Below, piece after piece: positions 15,601 through 17,192 of a stretch of DNA of 17,192 nt; within the stretch, counting starts at the first letter, position 1; every line of letters begins with the position of its first letter. Source of the stretch: Bdellovibrionales bacterium (GTDB lineage Bacteria; Bdellovibrionota; Bdellovibrionia; Bdellovibrionales; UBA1609); the NCBI GenBank assembly GCA_050246815.1, contig JBFWVI010000056.1, positions 1 to 17,192 of the forward strand, written 5' to 3'. The position numbers and the translations under genes were made by a program. The notes under the pieces are model-generated. The model was not told the DNA's origin. It worked only from the letters and a program-made list of their open reading frames with translations, and ran no database searches.

Positions 15601-16748
15601 AGCCCAAGATCGATTGGCTTTCCAAAGAAAGTCATGTGCTGTTGAATCCCGCGCTGCCGCGCGAGCCACATGAAGAAATCTTAAATTCACTTTTACCTGG
15701 TCATTTATGGTTCACAACCTCAGGCACCACCAGGCTTGGCAAGCGCTGGGTGGGTTTAAGCAAAGAGGCGGTGTTGGCTTCAGCCAGGGCGGTGAATCAT
15801 CATCTTCAAGCGCAAAAAAATGACCGCTGGCTTTTGGCGCTACCCTCGTTTCACATTGGGGGCATGGGGATTTGGGCTCGTGCATTTTTAAGTGGCAGCG
15901 AAGTAATTGAATTCAATGGCGAGTGGTCGGCGAAAAAATTTGTCGATATGGCTGCATTGACCGGCGCGACATTGTCGTCTTTGGTGCCCACGCAAGTGTT
16001 TGACTTGGTTCAAGCGGAGATTCAAGCGCCCAAAAGTTTGCGTGCCATCGTGGTGGGGGGCGGTGCCTTAAACCCACAGCTTTATCAACAGGCCAGGGCC
16101 TTGGGCTGGCCGCTGCTGCCCAGCTTTGGCATGACCGAGTGCGCTTCGCAAATTGCCACGGCCGCGCTTTCAAGTTTGCAAGAATATGAATTTGCACAGC
16201 CCAAGATGCTCATCTTAAATCACGCCCAGTGCCGAGTGAGTGAGAGCGGGATCCTGCAGCTCAGATCCGAAGCGCTTTTAAGTGTTTATGCCGAATGGAA
16301 AAATCAGTCATGGGTGCTGCAAGATCCTAAACAAGACGGCTGGTTTCAAAGCGAAGACCGCGTCGAACTGAGCGGCCCCTTTTTAAAACCCTGCGGCAGG
16401 GTCACGGATCAAATCAAAATCTTGGGTGAATTGGTGGATCTGGCAAAACTTCACGACAAGCTTTCAAGCCTACTGACTGAGGATGCCGGCATTGAGGCCA
16501 CTTTGATCGCCCGTGAAGATAGCCGTTCAGGGATGGCCCTGGATCTGGTGGTGGCCTGCCGCTTTGGCACCACAATTCATGGTCGGCGGGATGACATCAA
16601 TCTGGCGCTGGAATTAAAGCGCTCCTTCGATAAGGCCGTGTTGCCTTTTGAACGCAGCCAAAATATTTATTGGTTACGACAGATTCCAAAAACAGAGTTG
16701 GGTAAAGTTTCAAGGGCCCAACTTTTAAGCCACCTAGGTCTAGTCTAG
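15597..16748 (+). CDS. menE: o-succinylbenzoate-CoA ligase (short ANL-family adenylating enzyme)
   Basis: Motifs FTTSGTT, LP.FHIGG, SLVPTQ, SFGMTE, GRVTDQIKILGE and PKTELGK; GTG start overlapping the menC stop. Confidence 0.92.
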   Translation: MKPKIDWLSKESHVLLNPALPREPHEEILNSLLPGHLWFTTSGTTRLGKRWVGLSKEAVLASARAVNHHLQAQKNDRWLLALPSFHIGGMGIWARAFLSGSEVIEFNGEWSAKKFVDMAALTGATLSSLVPTQVFDLVQAEIQAPKSLRAIVVGGGALNPQLYQQARALGWPLLPSFGMTECASQIATAALSSLQEYEFAQPKMLILNHAQCRVSESGILQLRSEALLSVYAEWKNQSWVLQDPKQDGWFQSEDRVELSGPFLKPCGRVTDQIKILGELVDLAKLHDKLSSLLTEDAGIEATLIAREDSRSGMALDLVVACRFGTTIHGRRDDINLALELKRSFDKAVLPFERSQNIYWLRQIPKTELGKVSRAQLLSHLGLV

Positions 16749-16773
16749 CGAGTGTTTCTGGCCATTGGCCACT

Positions 16774-16802
16774 TTGCTTCTTCCACTTAATGTAACTAAA
16801 AT
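16774..16802 (+). promoter_or_regulatory. Sigma70-type promoter candidate for the downstream secreted-protein gene
   Basis: TTGCTT (16774-16779), 17-bp spacer, TAAAAT (16797-16802). Confidence 0.55.
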
Positions 16803-16809
16803 AATATTG

Positions 16810-17192
16810 ATGAATCGTATTTTTGCCTTACATTTTGTGCTGCTCTCGGGGCTGGCCAAGGCTGGCCCGATCCAAGAAATTTGTTTCAACACCGGAAAAG
16901 TTGAAATTCTTTATCTTAACAAAGAGGCGGTACCTAGAGCTTGTCAGCTGACGCCAGATAAAAACTTTTGCGTTGTTTCGTCCTACAAAGACAATCACAT
17001 GACAGTTTTCAATTTAAATACGTATCAGTCGAAAATTTTTCCCCAAAAGGGCCCTGCTACAATCACGTCGAAGGGTTTGGTGGGATACACAGAAGGTCCG
17101 GTTTACGATGAATCCTCGCGCGTGGATTCGACGCAGATGTTGAAGGCGGCAAAGCAATCCACCACCACTTTGACAGATCCTCAAACAGGCAA
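16810..17192 (+). CDS. Hypothetical secreted protein, 3'-truncated; possible beta-propeller
   Basis: Absent from the ORF track because it has no stop within the window. It translates as MNRIFALHFVLLSGLAKAGPIQEICFNTGKVEILY...LTPDKNFCVVSSYKDNHMTVFNL... and stays open for 127 codons. Signal peptide with an AKA cleavage site; blade-like TPD..F.VV....D....VF pattern. Confidence 0.75.
   Translation, partial: MNRIFALHFVLLSGLAKAGPIQEICFNTGKVEILYLNKEAVPRACQLTPDKNFCVVSSYKDNHMTVFNLNTYQSKIFPQKGPATITSKGLVGYTEGPVYDESSRVDSTQMLKAAKQSTTTLTDPQTG

Noticed and set aside
16759..16779. Sigma54 promoter at TGGCCATTGGCCACTTTGC
   Set aside because: The GG-to-GC spacing does not fit the required 10 nt for either TGG.
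1..17192. CRISPR arrays, tRNA/rRNA genes, IS elements, prophage
   Set aside because: The window is almost fully coding, the intergenic gaps are about 210 bp or less, and I saw no repeat-spacer pattern, cloverleaf, or transposase/integrase motif.

Overview
Housekeeping-type bacterial region, probably from a Bdellovibrionota-like organism (inferred from gene content and protein style, not proven). It holds a shikimate-to-menaquinone supercluster. On the left are a 5'-truncated shikimate kinase / type I dehydroquinase / shikimate dehydrogenase fusion and aroC. On the right, a DAHP synthase-menG unit is divergent from menF-menD-menH-(64-aa ORF)-menB-menA-menC-menE. Three unrelated genes lie between the two blocks: an ABC-F ATPase, a DUF4421-like outer-membrane protein and a PIN-PhoH (PhoH2-like) gene. 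The PIN-PhoH gene is the most unusual element. It begins with an apparent signal peptide and a low-complexity linker, and one in-frame TGA (6065-6067) interrupts it in the middle of the PIN domain while both halves keep their motifs. A 3'-truncated secreted-protein gene, possibly leaderless, ends the window. I saw no RNA genes, CRISPR arrays or mobile elements.
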